Below are positions 53,046-62,218 of a stretch of 64,000 nt of DNA, piece after piece. The notes below the pieces were generated by a model. The model saw only the letters and a list, made by a program, of their open reading frames with translations. It was not told where the DNA came from and ran no database searches. A program made the position numbers and the translations under genes. The stretch spans positions 15,585 through 79,584 of the IMG/VR virus record IMGVR_UViG_3300027970_002011. The stretch is one strand, 5' to 3'. This stretch comes from a virus. Position 1 is the first letter of the stretch. Each line of letters begins with the position of its first letter.

Positions 53046-54834
53046 AGGCAATTGAGACACCTTTTTCTCTATAGGTTTGAAATCCCTTTTCAATTAAAAA
53101 GTTATTAATCAATTCTCTCTCCTTGTCACTTGAGTTATTATATTCATAAATAATAATGTCAAGATGTGATAATTGTTCATCCGTTAATGACATTATTAAT
53201 TCAAAATCAATACCTTCCACATCAGTGTGAACCCAATTAACATCAGGTGTTATTAATTCAGAAAATTTAATTGATTCTCTAACAGTTTCAGTTATTGGTT
53301 CTGTCTCCCAATAATCAATAACTCTTTTTACAACAGTGTTTGTATACCCTTTACCACCTTCGTAAAAGACCGTATCAGTTCCATCTTTAGTAACTAGTTG
53401 ATTTATAAATTTTAGATTCTCAAATGACGAGTAATTTTTAATTAACTCATTGAATTGTTTTTTACTAACCTCAATAAGTGTTATTTCGGATAACTTATCA
53501 ATCGCAACAGGAACCCATTCACCAAATTCACCATTATGAGTTCCAACAACAACACCTTTAGATTTTTCTTTGTTTTTACAATAGTTCCACAACTTTTTGT
53601 AAATAAAATCACCATCAGTATTTACATCCCATTTTCTATGATACACCAGTTCATCTTGATTGTCTTTGACAACAACATCGACAATTTCAGTATCAGGAAA
53701 TGTTGCCCAAGAATCTGAATATAATTTTACATCCCAAATTTTACGCTGGTTAATTTGTCTTTTAAATTCAAATGAAAATGGTAGTTTATCTTTATTAAAT
53801 ACTCTAATCAAATCTTTAGTGTTTATACGTATTTCGTGTGAGTAATCTATTTCAAAAGGTATTTCATCGTAGTAAAATATGTTACGATTTGTTTTTTTTA
53901 TGGTATCCGAATAATCATAAGTCATTTCACCATCAAAAATTACAAATTCATCTATTTTAGTTGAGTCGTAATCTAATTCAATTACCACCGTGTCATTAAT
54001 CTTGAAGTTATGTGTATCTCCGTTAATATTTAAACTAAAATCAATATTTTCTTTGACATCATAGAAGAAAATTTTTAATTTACCGTTAATCCATCCTTTT
54101 GTTGGTCCATCTTCTAACCAAATTTCCCCATCATCGTTCTTATTAAAGTATAATTTATACTTCTCATTCTTAGAGTAATTAAAAAAATCTGTGTCCTCCC
54201 AATAATAAATTAGGTCTTTAACGGGTTGGTTTGATGTTGGTATATTGTATTTATTTTTCCATTTTAAAACTTCACCTTCTGCGACACCATTTGTTCTCAA
54301 ATACTCATCAAGTTCTATTTCACTAACAATTTTTTCCATCATAGGTCTATCAAAAACCATAAAGTGTAAAGTTGTTTCCCATAACGTATCAGGATTATGT
54401 GGGTCTCTTCTTGGGTGGATGATATTTGTAGTGTCGTTAGTTAGTTCGTTTTCTACAACGTCATCAATTACTAAGTCATATATCATATGATAAAAAATGT
54501 CATAATCATAAGATAATGCAATTTGAGATAACTTTTTAACTTGGTATAATCCAGCCCATCCATAATCCGCCAAATTGTGGTGCATTTTAACCCACCCTTC
54601 ATCAGTATAGACTGACTTCCAAAAAGTAAAAGAACGAACAGGCCAAAGCAATAAAGGATTTTCTTTAGTAAAGAAAACAAAATCAGACAATTCAATAATT
54701 TCTGATGGTAATGTTAATGGACTTATTACTAAAACATCTAATCCAAAAGATTTTATTTTAATAATATTTTCTTTTAGAATTTCAATTTTTTCTATTGTGT
54801 CACAATATGTACTAATTAAAACTATTTTTTTCAT
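53035..54834 (-). CDS. Multidomain protein: putative GT-like N-domain + FkbM-like methyltransferase
   Basis: C-terminal VGTHNG...IE...HTDVEGID...YEY; N-domain paralogous to 56865..57866. Confidence 0.65.
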   Translation of the reverse strand: MKKIVLISTYCDTIEKIEILKENIIKIKSFGLDVLVISPLTLPSEIIELSDFVFFTKENPLLLWPVRSFTFWKSVYTDEGWVKMHHNLADYGWAGLYQVKKLSQIALSYDYDIFYHMIYDLVIDDVVENELTNDTTNIIHPRRDPHNPDTLWETTLHFMVFDRPMMEKIVSEIELDEYLRTNGVAEGEVLKWKNKYNIPTSNQPVKDLIYYWEDTDFFNYSKNEKYKLYFNKNDDGEIWLEDGPTKGWINGKLKIFFYDVKENIDFSLNINGDTHNFKINDTVVIELDYDSTKIDEFVIFDGEMTYDYSDTIKKTNRNIFYYDEIPFEIDYSHEIRINTKDLIRVFNKDKLPFSFEFKRQINQRKIWDVKLYSDSWATFPDTEIVDVVVKDNQDELVYHRKWDVNTDGDFIYKKLWNYCKNKEKSKGVVVGTHNGEFGEWVPVAIDKLSEITLIEVSKKQFNELIKNYSSFENLKFINQLVTKDGTDTVFYEGGKGYTNTVVKRVIDYWETEPITETVRESIKFSELITPDVNWVHTDVEGIDFELIMSLTDEQLSHLDIIIYEYNNSSDKERELINNFLIEKGFQTYREKGVSIAFKK

Positions 54835-56324
54835 AACATAAATCCAAATCTATAATCTTTTTTAACACCTAAAATTTCTTCAACACTTTTTTTAGTTATA
54901 ATAATACAATTCTTATAATGCGTAATTGATTCAATATTTTGGTGATTTTTAACCCTACTAAAGTTAGAGTTTATTTTGTGTGGGACTGAAGAAAAATAAT
55001 CAATAACATTATAATTACCAATCTCATATCCATATATGGTTTCTTTGGGATTCCAATAGTTACATTCAATATCTTCAATGATGTAAACTCCACCTTCTTT
55101 TAACATATTTTCAAATAGGTAATTAAATGTTTCTATTTGGTGTTGTGGTTGGTGACTTCCGTCATCAATAATAACATCACACTGACCTATCAAATTAAAC
55201 ATTCTTTCCAAGTCTTCGATTTTACTTTGGTCACCTTTATACATAATACCTCTTTCTTGATTTCTTTCTTCAGAGATATCCATAGCGTAAATCATACCGT
55301 TTTTAAAATATTCAATCCACATTCTAAAAGACGCCGCTTCGCTACCAGAACCAATTTCAAATAATTTTATTTTTTTATTACTTAATGGTTCCAAAAACTT
55401 TTCATAAATTCTATCATATCTATGTTCCAATACTTTGTCTGTATTGTATTTTAGACCCAGACCATACATATCACTATTGTTCTGATTTTCAAGAATAATA
55501 TTTACAACCTCATCAATAGCATCTTTATAATCACTGTAAGGTCTAACACAATTAACATCAATATAAAAACCTTGTTTCAACTTATCTAAATCATACACCC
55601 CATATTTTTTTTGGTTTTCTATTTCACCGTCCCATTTTAATTCTACAGGAAAGTTATGTCTTTCAATTCTCCTTGGGGTTAAAAATTTACTATAATGCCC
55701 TCGTTTTAATTTGATGATTTCAACATCGTGTTGATTGGTATTTACACAATCTGAAAAATAGAACTCATCAATCAACCACATAATTTTATAACCATCTTTG
55801 TAGTTTGAGTGTCTATTCATAAATTCGTCAAAAGAACAATCAGAATTTAAAATTTTTGTAAAAGTTTTACCCTTACCTGCGTTGTAGATATAACCATACA
55901 TCTCTTGTTTGAATGGTAGTGGTTCTTCTTGAAACAAGTCATTTGATTCAGGTCTGCTTAAGTCATATGCATCACTCGACATGATAACTAAAGAATCTTC
56001 TGAGTAGTGTTTTAGTTGTTCGACAAAATAATTTTTATTAATCATCAACATATCTAAATCACCACAAATACAAACATCATCAGGAAAGTATTTGGTACCG
56101 AACATTCTAACGGTACAGGCTTGAATTGCTGTGTGTATTCCTTCAACAAATTTAACATTTTTTACCAATCCGTTTCCATCATCATAGAACTCACTATCTT
56201 CATCAGAAATTTTAAAAAGGACTGGTTCCCAACCAAATAGTTCTCGACACAATTTAGCCTGAATTGGCCAAAACTCTAAGAAATAAGAGTCATCACTTGC
56301 AAATATTATTTTTTTAATTTCCAT
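54831..56324 (-). CDS. Putative glycosyltransferase-like domain + class I SAM sugar O-methyltransferase
   Basis: N-part GDLDM (DxD); C-part TDK..H.Y...Y, FEIG, GDQS, IIDDGSH, GGVYIIED. Confidence 0.75.
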   Translation of the reverse strand: MEIKKIIFASDDSYFLEFWPIQAKLCRELFGWEPVLFKISDEDSEFYDDGNGLVKNVKFVEGIHTAIQACTVRMFGTKYFPDDVCICGDLDMLMINKNYFVEQLKHYSEDSLVIMSSDAYDLSRPESNDLFQEEPLPFKQEMYGYIYNAGKGKTFTKILNSDCSFDEFMNRHSNYKDGYKIMWLIDEFYFSDCVNTNQHDVEIIKLKRGHYSKFLTPRRIERHNFPVELKWDGEIENQKKYGVYDLDKLKQGFYIDVNCVRPYSDYKDAIDEVVNIILENQNNSDMYGLGLKYNTDKVLEHRYDRIYEKFLEPLSNKKIKLFEIGSGSEAASFRMWIEYFKNGMIYAMDISEERNQERGIMYKGDQSKIEDLERMFNLIGQCDVIIDDGSHQPQHQIETFNYLFENMLKEGGVYIIEDIECNYWNPKETIYGYEIGNYNVIDYFSSVPHKINSNFSRVKNHQNIESITHYKNCIIITKKSVEEILGVKKDYRFGFML

Positions 56325-56868
56325 AAAACTTATTAATAAACCCATCTATATCATCGGACCACATATCCATTGCATTGTCTCTAATTTTTTGTTCATCCCA
56401 ATCCCACCAAGAAATTGATAATAGTTTTTCAATTTGCTCTTCGGTAAATCTATACTTAACAACTTTAGCAGGATTACCGGCAACAATTGCGTATGGAGGA
56501 ACATCTTTAGTAACTGTAGAACCAGCCGCCACTATAGCACCATTACCAATTTTTATACCTGACATAATCGTTGAGTTAGCACCAATCCATACGTCATTTT
56601 CAATAATAATGTCACCTTTGCAGGATGGGTGGCCCATATCCATATGCATTTGAGCAATCTCGTGATTTACAGGACCCCAAAGTTGTGATGAGGTTGTAAC
56701 CCAGTCAGGTCTGTGATTAGCGTGTAAGAAAAAATTACAATCCCTACCAATTGAATTGTATTTACCAACCCTAACATTGTATTGGTCACTCCATGAAATT
56801 ATGTTTACATGTCGGTCAAAATAGGTACCCCTATCTGCATGCCAAAGATGTATGTTTTCTATATTCAT
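56314..56868 (-). CDS. CatB/Vat-related hexapeptide O-acetyltransferase
   Basis: KGDIIIENDVWIG, VTKDVPPYAIVAGNPA, WWDW. Confidence 0.88.
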   Translation of the reverse strand: MNIENIHLWHADRGTYFDRHVNIISWSDQYNVRVGKYNSIGRDCNFFLHANHRPDWVTTSSQLWGPVNHEIAQMHMDMGHPSCKGDIIIENDVWIGANSTIMSGIKIGNGAIVAAGSTVTKDVPPYAIVAGNPAKVVKYRFTEEQIEKLLSISWWDWDEQKIRDNAMDMWSDDIDGFINKFYGN

Positions 56869-57866
56869 ATTTGAAATGATTCTTTATATCTGAAACTACT
56901 TTTTTTGAAGATATCAATTTCTTCATTACTATTTAATTTAAATTTATTTCTAATTTCACCATTTTCAATTATTAATATACTTTGGATTTCATTTACATTA
57001 CCTAAATTAACTAATCTCCAATGGTTTAATAATGTTGTTGGTATATTAACAATCCTATCATTATTAAGAATTATAATGTGTTCAACACCATTTTGATTTT
57101 TTGTATTCCAAACAACAAATCCAATAGTATCGTTTAATTTATCGTAAAAAGGTACCGCCCATGGTATAAACTTAACACCAACTTGTCCATCAATTATACC
57201 GAATTTATTTCCATTTACTTCGAGACTATGTCTGTCTTTTTTAAAAACTTTTCCACTATCTTCCAATATTTTCTGAAGCATCAATTCAGGTGATTTAGTT
57301 TCTGATTGTCTAATCATCTCAACTATTTTTCCCTCATCTAAATTAATCAGAAACTTATCTAATGTTGGTAACAAATATGATTGGAAACTTCCGAATAAAA
57401 TGTCATCAACATTTTCTCTACTATCAATATAAATTACAGAATCAAATTCATCTAATAATACAGAGTTATTTTTAAACTCTTCAATGTTTTCAATATTACA
57501 ATCGTACTCAATGTGGTGAACTTTGTTATATCCCATATTTTTTGCTAACGAAAATCCCAATATCATCATTCTCCATATTGCAAGATGTGTATTTTTTCCA
57601 GTTAAAAATGAAGACTGAATTCTTCTTTCATTATTTGGATTAAACCAAGGTTGGTTAAGTAAATCCCAATCAGTAAGTATCTCATTTTTACTATCATAAA
57701 AACAATAATTAACTTTATTTTGAATATCAAAAGGGATTGGTGTATGACTAACAATTAAAGTATCAAAAGTATCTTTAAATTTTAAGAGTGAATTTACTAA
57801 ATTTCTTAGAATATTTTCTCTATGTTCGTCAGGACAATAAGCGGTAATTAAGATTAAATCTTTCAT
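56865..57866 (-). CDS. Hypothetical protein, possible glycosyltransferase
   Basis: ILITAYCPD...HHIEYD; paralog of the 53035..54834 N-domain. Confidence 0.6.
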   Translation of the reverse strand: MKDLILITAYCPDEHRENILRNLVNSLLKFKDTFDTLIVSHTPIPFDIQNKVNYCFYDSKNEILTDWDLLNQPWFNPNNERRIQSSFLTGKNTHLAIWRMMILGFSLAKNMGYNKVHHIEYDCNIENIEEFKNNSVLLDEFDSVIYIDSRENVDDILFGSFQSYLLPTLDKFLINLDEGKIVEMIRQSETKSPELMLQKILEDSGKVFKKDRHSLEVNGNKFGIIDGQVGVKFIPWAVPFYDKLNDTIGFVVWNTKNQNGVEHIIILNNDRIVNIPTTLLNHWRLVNLGNVNEIQSILIIENGEIRNKFKLNSNEEIDIFKKSSFRYKESFQI

Positions 57867-58444
57867 TATAATATTTTTTTTGTTGGGACACCGACATAAA
57901 TTCCTAGTTCTTCTATGTCTTTAACAACCGCACCATTCATACCTATAGTTGTTAATGAATGAATTGATAATTTTTCCTTAATTGATGAATTATTACCCAT
58001 ATAAACTAAATCATGAATTGTAACATTACCTGAAACAATTGCTCCTGGCATCGCACTAAAATAATTACCAATTTCACAATCGTGACCAATATGGTTACCT
58101 CTATTTAGTAACGCATGTTTACCTATTTTTATATTAGTTGTTAAGATTGAATGAGCACCTATAAAACTACCTTCACCAATTTCAACATCATCACTCATGA
58201 TTAAAGCAGTTGGGTGAATCCAAGTAAAATATTTTGTTTCTTTTGGTAATCTTTGAACTATATCAAACCTATCCTTTGAGTCTGCAACTGCAACCATCAA
58301 AGCATATTTTTTTGGGTTAAACTTTGATAATGGTAGTGTTCCTTCAACAACATATTCATCGTCAACAAAACAAGTAAGTTTAACTCCCATTTGAGCCATA
58401 ACCTCACGAGCGTGTCCCCCATACCCAATCAAAGCTTTTTTCAT
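57866..58444 (-). CDS. PglD/NeuD-family sugar acetyltransferase
   Basis: IGYGGHAREV, IHPTA, IGHD, YVGVP. Confidence 0.9.
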   Translation of the reverse strand: MKKALIGYGGHAREVMAQMGVKLTCFVDDEYVVEGTLPLSKFNPKKYALMVAVADSKDRFDIVQRLPKETKYFTWIHPTALIMSDDVEIGEGSFIGAHSILTTNIKIGKHALLNRGNHIGHDCEIGNYFSAMPGAIVSGNVTIHDLVYMGNNSSIKEKLSIHSLTTIGMNGAVVKDIEELGIYVGVPTKKIL

Positions 58445-59085
58445 TGTTTATAAACATCAAACTTTGATAAATCAGGATATGGTAATTCCAAATCCTCGTT
58501 ATGTTTTTTACTACCATCAAGATTGTAGAATTGGTTCATAAGAAGTAATCCTCTTGCAGCCAATTCAGGCATCATGTAGAAGTTCCACCCTATCATATCT
58601 AAGTAATCGTCATGATAAGAACATTCACGTCTTCCACTATATCTCGCTCTTTTAAACCAGTGATACGCCTCAAGACTATCTGTCAATATTGCACCACCCT
58701 TACTTAATTTGAAATGTTTGTAAGGACCTGTGAATGAAACACAAATGTGTTGGTTTGGTTTATACATATCAGCTGTAAAACTTAATGCCGAATCCCAAAC
58801 ATTACTTCCCTTGAGTTGGTACATACCTTTAATTGTTTTACCTTCAATAGGTTCAAAATCAACTTTAAGACCCGCATGAATAATCTCACACGGAACCGAA
58901 GGATATGTTCTACAAGGAATTCCTACTTTATCATCAGTAATACTTTTTTTAACGTTTTTTTCATAATACAACGCCAAAAACAAAGCATTACTCATATTAT
59001 CTACGGTAATCACATATGGTGCACCCGTATAATCTGAAAGAGCTTTCTCAAAATCTTCTGTAATTTTATAAATACCATTTGCCAT
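58441..59085 (-). CDS. DegT/DnrJ/EryC1/StrS aminotransferase (short form)
   Basis: FEKAL, TYPSVP, DSA, SFTGPYK, GGAILTD, GWNFYM; start placed at ATG 59085. Confidence 0.85.
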   Translation of the reverse strand: MANGIYKITEDFEKALSDYTGAPYVITVDNMSNALFLALYYEKNVKKSITDDKVGIPCRTYPSVPCEIIHAGLKVDFEPIEGKTIKGMYQLKGSNVWDSALSFTADMYKPNQHICVSFTGPYKHFKLSKGGAILTDSLEAYHWFKRARYSGRRECSYHDDYLDMIGWNFYMMPELAARGLLLMNQFYNLDGSKKHNEDLELPYPDLSKFDVYKQ

Positions 59086-59141
59086 ATGTTGAAAAAATAG
59101 AATAAAATAATATATTTTCAATAATCAACTTAACACTTTAT

Positions 59142-61433
59142 ATGGAAAAACCAAAAATTTATGTTCATGGGTCTTACATCGGAACAACAGGGTATAATAA
59201 CCACACAAGAGATTTTTTAAGAGAACTATCAAAACACACAAAAGTTAAAGTAAGAAACTTTACTGTTGGTAACAGTTGGAATGGTTATAACTTAACCCCC
59301 CATGATAACGAACCTTACATTAATGATGTCGATAAATCAATGTTATACAAACAGATTTTGTATAACTCTGAAGGTAAGTTAGAGGACTTTCTAATTTACC
59401 CTGACAAGTCAAAAGAGTTTTTTCAAGACGTTAACATTGTATTAAGTGAAACAAACCATCATATCTTCTATCAAGATTATGTTGGTCCAAAAATAGCGTA
59501 TAACGTTTGGGAATCAACTTTACAACCTGAAGAGTTCTTCAACGAACTTTTAAAGTACGACGAGATTTGGGTTCCAAGTAAATGGCAAAGAGAATGTACT
59601 ATCAACCAAGGCGCTAACCCAAACAAAGTTAAAGTTGTACCTGAAGGTGTTGATATTCATACATTCTTTCCTGAAGAAGTTGAAAAGTTGGAACAATATA
59701 ATGATGGTCGGTTCAAGTTTCTATTGTTTGGTCGTTGGGATTACAGAAAATCAACCAAGGAAATAATTCAAACATTCTTAAAGACGTTCTCACCTGACGA
59801 ACCCGTAGATTTGGTTGTGTCGATTGACAATATGTGGGGTGAAGAAATGGATGGTTATAAAACCACTGAGGAACGATTGGAGGCTTACGGTCTAACTGAC
59901 CCAAGAATCAAAATGATTCACTTCCCAACAAGAGAAGATTATATCAAATACCTTAAAACAGGTCACGTGTTTGTTTCTTGTGCAAGGTCTGAAGGATGGA
60001 ACTTACCACTTATCGAAGCCATGGCTTGTGGTACCCCGTCAATTTATTCTGAGTGTTGCGCTCAAATGGAGTTTGCCGAAGGTAAGGGTATTCCTGTAAA
60101 GATTATTGGTGAAAAACCGGCGAATTCAAATGACTACGGTAGATACACAATGAGCGATTTACCAGGAAACTATTATGAACCTGATTTCAATGATTTATCA
60201 GAAAAGATGAGGTTTGTTTATAAAAATTACAAACAATGTAAATTAGACGCAATTAAAGATGCTATTGAGATTCATAAAGAATTCTCTTGGGAAAGAATTG
60301 GTGAAATCGGTTATAATACCGTTGTTGAGTTCATGAAAAACCATAAAAAGACCGACGTTGACAATAATAAAATTTCTGTTTTTTATCTTGACGGCCCAAA
60401 GGTTGATATATCAGGTGATGAAGATAGAACTTATTTTGTTGAGTTTTTAGATGAGAAAGATAATGTAATTCATTCTCATACCATGAAAAACAATCATTGG
60501 GTTCAATGTGGTAGAAAATATTATACAAAGTGGAGGATTAGAGTTAATGGTAAAATTGTTGGGGAACTTGATTTAACAGGAAAAAGAGTTCTTATTTCAT
60601 TTGAATCAAAATCAATTGGTGATACAATTGCTTGGGCACCATATGCAATAGAATTTCAGAAAAAACATAACTGTCAGGTAGTTTTGAGTACCTTCCACAA
60701 TAGTTGGTTTAAAAATAACCCTAACTATGAAAGTATTGAATTTATTGAACCAGGACGTTCTACAAACTGTCACGCACTTTATAGAGTTGGTTGGTTTATG
60801 TCTGAAGAAGGAAAATGGAATAAGTTAGACAGTTATCCGAACTATATTCAAACACTACCACTTCAACAAACCGCAACAGATATTTTAGGTCTTGATTATG
60901 TTGAACGTAATTATGGTATTTTCTTTGATGTAAAGGAAAGACCATTCAAAAACAAATACGTTGTCTTGGCTCCCGAATCAACAGCGGGTTGTAAAGAATG
61001 GACTTATGAAGGATGGTGTTACTTAACAGACCAATTAATTAAAAAAGGTTATGAAGTTGTAATTCTTACAACAAAACCATACTCTGTTAAAGGTGCGAAA
61101 TGTATTTACGGAAAATCTCTCAATGATGCACTTAACATCCTTTATCATTCAGAATTCTTAGTATCCCCAAGTTCAGGCATGGCTTGGATGAATTGGGGTG
61201 TTGGTAAACATACCGTAATGATTAGTGGATTCACCCCCAAACACCACGAGTTTCAAACCAACATCACAAGAATAATCAACGAAAACGCTTGTAACTCTTG
61301 TTGGGCAAATACCAACTTTAAGTTTGACCCAGGTGATTGGGATTGGTGTCCTGTTTGGAAAGGAACGGATAAACAACACATTTGTGAAAAGTCTATTTCA
61401 CCATTAACAGTGTTCAATAGTTTACCAATATGA
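59142..61433 (+). CDS. GT4 glycosyltransferase fused to Aah/TibC-type (BAHT) protein O-heptosyltransferase
   Basis: GT4: RSEGWNLPLIEAMACG; BAHT-like: RKYYTKWRIRV, LDLTGKRVLISF...SIGDTIAWAPY..EFQKKH, CNSCW...WCP...HIC. Confidence 0.88.
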   Translation: MEKPKIYVHGSYIGTTGYNNHTRDFLRELSKHTKVKVRNFTVGNSWNGYNLTPHDNEPYINDVDKSMLYKQILYNSEGKLEDFLIYPDKSKEFFQDVNIVLSETNHHIFYQDYVGPKIAYNVWESTLQPEEFFNELLKYDEIWVPSKWQRECTINQGANPNKVKVVPEGVDIHTFFPEEVEKLEQYNDGRFKFLLFGRWDYRKSTKEIIQTFLKTFSPDEPVDLVVSIDNMWGEEMDGYKTTEERLEAYGLTDPRIKMIHFPTREDYIKYLKTGHVFVSCARSEGWNLPLIEAMACGTPSIYSECCAQMEFAEGKGIPVKIIGEKPANSNDYGRYTMSDLPGNYYEPDFNDLSEKMRFVYKNYKQCKLDAIKDAIEIHKEFSWERIGEIGYNTVVEFMKNHKKTDVDNNKISVFYLDGPKVDISGDEDRTYFVEFLDEKDNVIHSHTMKNNHWVQCGRKYYTKWRIRVNGKIVGELDLTGKRVLISFESKSIGDTIAWAPYAIEFQKKHNCQVVLSTFHNSWFKNNPNYESIEFIEPGRSTNCHALYRVGWFMSEEGKWNKLDSYPNYIQTLPLQQTATDILGLDYVERNYGIFFDVKERPFKNKYVVLAPESTAGCKEWTYEGWCYLTDQLIKKGYEVVILTTKPYSVKGAKCIYGKSLNDALNILYHSEFLVSPSSGMAWMNWGVGKHTVMISGFTPKHHEFQTNITRIINENACNSCWANTNFKFDPGDWDWCPVWKGTDKQHICEKSISPLTVFNSLPI

Positions 61434-62176
61434 TAGATATTTCAAATTTTGATTGGGGTTGGATGAGTAATCCTGTTGAATACGACGTTGATGGTGAGAC
61501 ACAATATCTTTGGCACATAAATCAAGATGGTTCTGCAATTCATATAAGTGAGTTTCATAAGAATTCTTTAATATCTGAAATTTTTGAATGGAGGATTTAT
61601 GAAAGATTTTTTGAAGTGGAACCAAGTGATATTGTTTTAGATATCGGGGCAAGTCTTGGTCCTTTCACATATTCAATTTTACATAAAAATCCAAAACACG
61701 TTTTTTGTTTTGAGCCAAGTAAAAAAGAGTTTAAAACTTTAGTTAAAAACACTATAGGTAATCCTGTAACTCAAATATTCAAAGGGATTGGACCCGAAAA
61801 TAATATTATTGAAAATTCACAACTTTTTGGTGGGGAAAATGAAATGGAGTCTATTAAATTCTCAACATTTATAGATTTATATTCATTGGGTAAGATAGAT
61901 TTTATGAAAACTGATTGTGAAGGTGGTGAATACGATATATTCAACGATGAGAATATTGAGTATATTCTTTTGAATGTGAAAAAAATTACAGGTGAGTGGC
62001 ATTTGAATACCCCACTGAATAAGAATAAATTTAGAAATTTTAGAGACAACTACTTAACTAAATTTAAAAAATTTGAAATATACTCTATTGATGGTTTTGA
62101 TATAAAATGGGACTTATGGAACGAACATTTTATAGAGTATTATAATGAAGTTATTATTTATATTGACAATCGTTAA
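61430..62176 (+). CDS. FkbM-family methyltransferase
   Basis: VLDIGASLG, FEP, IDFMKTDCEGGEY, EWH. Confidence 0.9.
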   Translation: MIDISNFDWGWMSNPVEYDVDGETQYLWHINQDGSAIHISEFHKNSLISEIFEWRIYERFFEVEPSDIVLDIGASLGPFTYSILHKNPKHVFCFEPSKKEFKTLVKNTIGNPVTQIFKGIGPENNIIENSQLFGGENEMESIKFSTFIDLYSLGKIDFMKTDCEGGEYDIFNDENIEYILLNVKKITGEWHLNTPLNKNKFRNFRDNYLTKFKKFEIYSIDGFDIKWDLWNEHFIEYYNEVIIYIDNR

Positions 62177-62180
62177 ATAA

Positions 62181-62210
62181 AAAAGGGGGTTTTTCAACCC
62201 CCTTTTCTTT
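62181..62210. terminator. Bidirectional intrinsic terminator
   Basis: AAAAGGGGGTT-TTTC-AACCCCCTTTT between convergent genes. Confidence 0.88.
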
Positions 62211-62218
62211 TATAATCT

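Noticed and set aside
56314-56868. Chloramphenicol/streptogramin resistance gene
   Set aside because: Fold is shared with sugar O-acetyltransferases and the gene lies inside a glycosylation operon; resistance is not supported
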